Shown here: positions 59,804 to 64,000 of the stretch, piece by piece
Position numbering within the stretch: the stretch's first letter is position 1
How the letters are laid out: each line of letters opens with the position of its first letter
NCBI RefSeq assembly: GCF_963853765.1
Contig: NC_088854.1
Coordinates: 30,938,001 to 31,002,000 of the forward strand
Source: Magallana gigas
Lineage: Eukaryota
Direction of reading: 5' to 3'
DNA: 64,000 nucleotides
Notes under the pieces: model-generated
Seen by the model: the letters and a program-made list of their open reading frames with translations, nothing else
The model's database searches: none
Told to the model about the DNA's origin: nothing
Position numbers and translations under genes: made by a program

Positions 59804-60701
59804 GGTTGCTAAATAAAAGTATTTTGTGATACACGTCAAAATTTAAACCGGACACTCAAATATGTTGCTAATTTTAAAATGAACATTGACAGATTGATGA
59901 ATTCCGGTAAAAGGTAAGCGGCGTCGGTTCATATATTTAAAAGCGAACAATGTGATAGAAAATGTTTTGGTAGAAGATATTTTAAAAATTCATCTTTTGG
60001 AAATTAATATGACGAATGGACTGTTTATTTTTGTTTATTTTTTTATTAATTTGATTCACGAAACGCTTCAATTTTGAAAATGTTGACATTAAGACAGCTC
60101 GAGTAATGATGCACTGCTATTTATATGCACCAGACGGTATGTTAATTTCTAATTGGACGTAAAAATTCATTGCCCTGGGCAAAATTCAAGGTGTATATTT
60201 TCATATACAGATATGACACTTTTTACAAACCTACCGTGGTAAATGGCAGTAGAGGGAAGAAAGAGGTATGAACATTCTCGATTTAAGTTTTTGATGACCA
60301 ATGCAGGCTGTTGGTTACCGAACAGAACAAAACATTTATTTCTAATTTAGAGCCCAGAGCAGACACATATGAAATTATTAGAATATTAAGGAAAAAAATA
60401 TGCAAATGAATTGTATCTAACAATTATAATAAATGACATTAATTGATCATTCTAACAATGATATTGTACTGTTTCAGTTATATCATTTATGAATGTTGCA
60501 TTGATATAATCATATTGTATCATAGTACTGCAATCTTATCAAATGTTTCAGAAGATATACATTACAGACACTTCACTTTCATACGAAAAAGAATTCTTCT
60601 GGGATTGTCTTTTACTGTGTAAACCATATATATAACACATGAACGGTCAGTGTGTGCGGAGAGAGGGGGTGGTTGTCCGCGATAGCATAAATTAGCCCCC
60701 C

Positions 60702-60732
<31 letters not shown>

Positions 60733-61263
60733 ACACAAATTCAGTGCAGATTCTTCAACATGATAGACCTTGTCTATATGCATGCAATCGTTATCAACCC
60801 ATGCTTCAAGAATATATTGAAATCAAATATGACTTTAAGTAGAAATATGTATATAACACCCGACCATTATAAAAAAAAGGGGGGGGGGGGGCATTTTATG
60901 GGTTTTTTTTTTTTTGCCGGGTAAACGAATGTGGGAACAAAAACTTTGCGACTTCTTGAACTGAACAAGTAAAGGACGGTTAGATAAAATGTCCCCAACT
61001 TTACCATGCAGTCGTTTTCAACTGACTTGTAATGGAAATGGACAAGGAAGGCCTATTTTATATTTGCTAATTTACTAATTTATTCAGTAAAAAGTGTTTT
61101 ATTTTAAGATTTAATATATGTTTAAAAAAAAAAAATTATAAATTTTATTTGAATACCATAGCGTTCGACCCGAACAGGGGAACAAGAAGTCCTCCGGACA
61201 AAAAGATCCTAAGAAACCGGCAACCAAGACGAAGTCCTCGCTGACAAACCAAGACAAAACGTA

Positions 61264-61265
<2 letters not shown>

Positions 61266-61294
<29 letters not shown>
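61266..61294. repeat. (CT)n microsatellite
   Basis: Direct dinucleotide run. Confidence 0.9.
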
Positions 61295-61299
<5 letters not shown>

Positions 61300-61469
61300 A
61301 AGTTATATTTACGTTTTCTATGGTTCGCTAGGCCTACTCATTGACACACCACGTGTACATCGATTAATTCATGCATGCATGTATATACCATCGTCTCCGA
61401 GTTCAATACATGGACATGTAGATCTCGTGTGCACAATCATGTGAGTTCCATGGTTACTTTTTCAGCGTC

Positions 61470-63489
61470 ATGTCAACATCTGTATTTATTGTCTGCATAT
61501 TCCTAATGTTCTGGGAGGGACTGAAAGCCTGTCAGCTTCCACAGGATAACTGTCCCCCAGGTGCCACCTTAACGCTGGCCAGCCCCAGGGGAGGGGCGGT
61601 GTACAGTAAGTGTGGGGACACCATCAATAAATCGATGGCCAAGGAGGCTCCCCAGGTCAACTTTCAAAATGTTCAGCCAGTAAGTATATGTTTTAAAATA
61701 TGTTATCTAAAACGCTAGGAAAAAAGTATTGATTAATATTGATAAGAGTTTCGCCCCCTTTTTGCGAGTTTGATTTTTATGATAAAATTGACATTTCCCA
61801 GATATGAATTATTTATTTAGAGTAATAAAATACCGTAAATTCATTGTTGAAATAAATGTTTCATTTTTACAGTACATATTATTTTTAAATTGGAAAGAAT
61901 TTTTAAGTTTTCATAACATTTTCTATATTTTAATCTTTAGAGTTGAATTGAAGTGAGCATAATAGAAAATCATCATATTCCTATTATTTGCATTTGCGGG
62001 ATGACACTCGGATTCCTAAAATAAAAGAATCATAAATCAAGATATCCTGATTAATTTTAGGACAGTCTATACACTTTGGTTATGGCAGACCCTGATGCTC
62101 CATTCAAGGACAATCCCACTCAGAAGTACTGGCTACATTGGATGGTAACCAATATCAAGGTATTCTCTCCCCCCATCCCCCCTAAATATTCAATTACATC
62201 TAAATTAAAGTTTATTAATCATATTTTGCAAATAAGTCAATTTGAAAAGGTAATGTTTTAATGATATACATGTATATAGTTTAAAGGGACTTGGACACGA
62301 TTTGACTTAAAATTTCCAAATTTTGTTTTTCAATTTTTAATGTTTATACTGATAAATATAGAAATTTATAATACTATGTCAAAATTTGAAACTCAAATAT
62401 CAAGTAATAAGCAAGATACGGAGTTCATAATTCTTTGTTTTGTAAACAAAGCTCGAATATTGTCATTTTTACATATGTGTTGTATTGGTGTAAGTTTCAA
62501 TCAAATATAACTTTCTTTTGTTGATAATAGTATTTATGAAGATATTGAATTAGTTTAAATTGTTTTTTACACGTCATTTTGTCTAAGAAATGGTAAAATT
62601 CTACATTACATTTTTTGTAAACAACTATAAGACTCGAGCTTTGTTTACATAACTATCAATTCTTACCTCTGTATCTCGCTTGTAACTTGACTTCAACATT
62701 TAATATTTTGGTCAATCATTTAAAATGCACCAGTTAACCATTTTATACATAAAAAATAAAAATAAAATTTTTGATCTCAAATCGTGTCCAAGTCCCTTTA
62801 AATGCATTTAAAGAAAAGTTAATTTTACATTTGACATTGTCATGTTTATAATATAAAATTTATTAACTTTTCTAATTTAATTGATAGGGTTCCAATCTGA
62901 TGGATGGAAATGCTTTAGGTGGTGATGTAGTGATAGGTAAGGCTGTATAGTCACTGAAATTTCAGATTTTATGATAAAATTACTGTTTTATAAACTGATA
63001 ATACCATGTACATGTGCATGCTAGGTACCAATGCATTAAATATTGTATTACATATTGATGGTTATACAAGACTCCGATTTTTGTGTAGCAATAAAGTAAA
63101 TCAAATATCTGATTTTATTCTGACAATATTAGGCTGGTTACCTCTGTGATAAAATCTATTAGTCTGGACATTAGCAACAAGATTAGACTTTATTTGCTAG
63201 CTTTGTTTTTTTTCTGAAATACATGTACTAGTTCTCATGGTGGAAAGTAAAAGTTCAAGAAAATATTATTTTGATTGTCTTCTTAGCATACATTCCCCCA
63301 ACCCCACCTAAGCCTGAGCCAGGGACAACTAACCCTCACAGATACATGTTCTATCTACTGGAGCAGACGGACGAACCAGATACCTCCCTGGTCAACCCAG
63401 AGTGGAGGGGGAAGTTCAGACTGGACGACTTTGTCATCAACAATGGATGTCAGATTGTGGCCTCATTTCAATATACTACAAGTTTCTGA
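61470..63489 (+). CDS. Secreted phosphatidylethanolamine-binding protein (PEBP family, PEBP4/OV-16-like), 4 coding exons, 186 aa
   Basis: Exons 61470-61679, 62061-62159, 62888-62936 and 63287-63489 total 561 nt in frame. Signal peptide [20 protein letters not shown]. Motifs [27 protein letters not shown] and [11 protein letters not shown]. Confidence 0.92.
62285..62797. mobile_element. Kolobok-like non-autonomous DNA transposon (TTAA TSD) in PEBP intron 2
   Basis: TTAA|AGGGACTTGGACACGATTTGA ... TCAAATCGTGTCCAAGTCCCT|TTAA, a 21-bp perfect TIR. Confidence 0.88.
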
Positions 63490-64000
63490 ATAAATTCTCA
63501 GCTGAAAAAAATGTGTTTTTTGGTTGAGTAATTTTCTTCATTTAAGGAGACTGTTAAAGTGGTCAACAAATTAGGCATAGATCTACCTTAAAATTTTTTA
63601 TATGATTTGTTTAGCTATAAACTACTATTTCGTAAAAAAAAATTGGTGCATTTAGCTCTTTAATTTTGGTATTAATTTCCTGTATCTTGATACAGAACTC
63701 TTTATCTGAAGGAGATCAATAAAGTCTAAAAATGGCCATGACCATAAAGCCCTAGCTGTGAAGTGATAAATATCACCCCTAGATTAGACCCCCCCCCCTC
63801 CTTTTCCCCTTTTGTACCATGGAAAAAAAAGCTAGATATTCTCTGTGTGATATGAAAACAGAAAACCTCTAAATGAGTTTCTAGATTTATTTGGATTTTA
63901 TATGTAGGACATCAGTATATATAACAATAGCAAAAAATAAAGAAAAAATAACATTAATATCACAAACAAAAGAAAATTGCCCCACAACCTACACATTGGA

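Overview
This is AT-rich, intron-containing eukaryotic DNA, most likely from an oyster or related bivalve. That assignment is an inference from the cvSI-type protease inhibitor and the style of the MITEs. There are no prokaryotic features, rRNA, intact tRNA or CRISPR arrays. I rebuilt ten protein-coding genes by hand from GT-AG splice sites and reading-frame continuity. They are two convergent paralogous tetraspanins (6955-11019 +, 13786-19961 -), a six-EF-hand calcium-binding protein (24680-26169 +), two single-exon orphan single-pass membrane proteins (26532-27200 -, 41826-42416 +), a cvSI/MEROPS I84-like 12-Cys protease inhibitor (29450-31322 +), ZC3H15 (34262-39987 -), GMPPA (50823-59803 -), histone H3.3 (57113-57921 +) and a secreted PEBP (61470-63489 +). 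The H3.3 gene is nested antisense inside GMPPA intron 2. Mobile DNA includes a young, 5'-truncated CR1-type LINE with a 12-bp TSD and an in-frame 90-bp internal duplication. There is also a non-autonomous hAT element with an 8-bp TSD, four TTAA-flanked Kolobok-like MITEs, a poly-G/poly-C MITE group with 5-bp TSDs and several palindromic MITEs. The most notable observations are the nested H3.3, a KCNE-like orphan, a 158-bp near-perfect inverted duplication of a hairpin MITE in a tetraspanin intron, and the 5-bp-TSD MITE group. I found no convincing multi-gene novel system. All homology calls come from motif recognition, not database searches.
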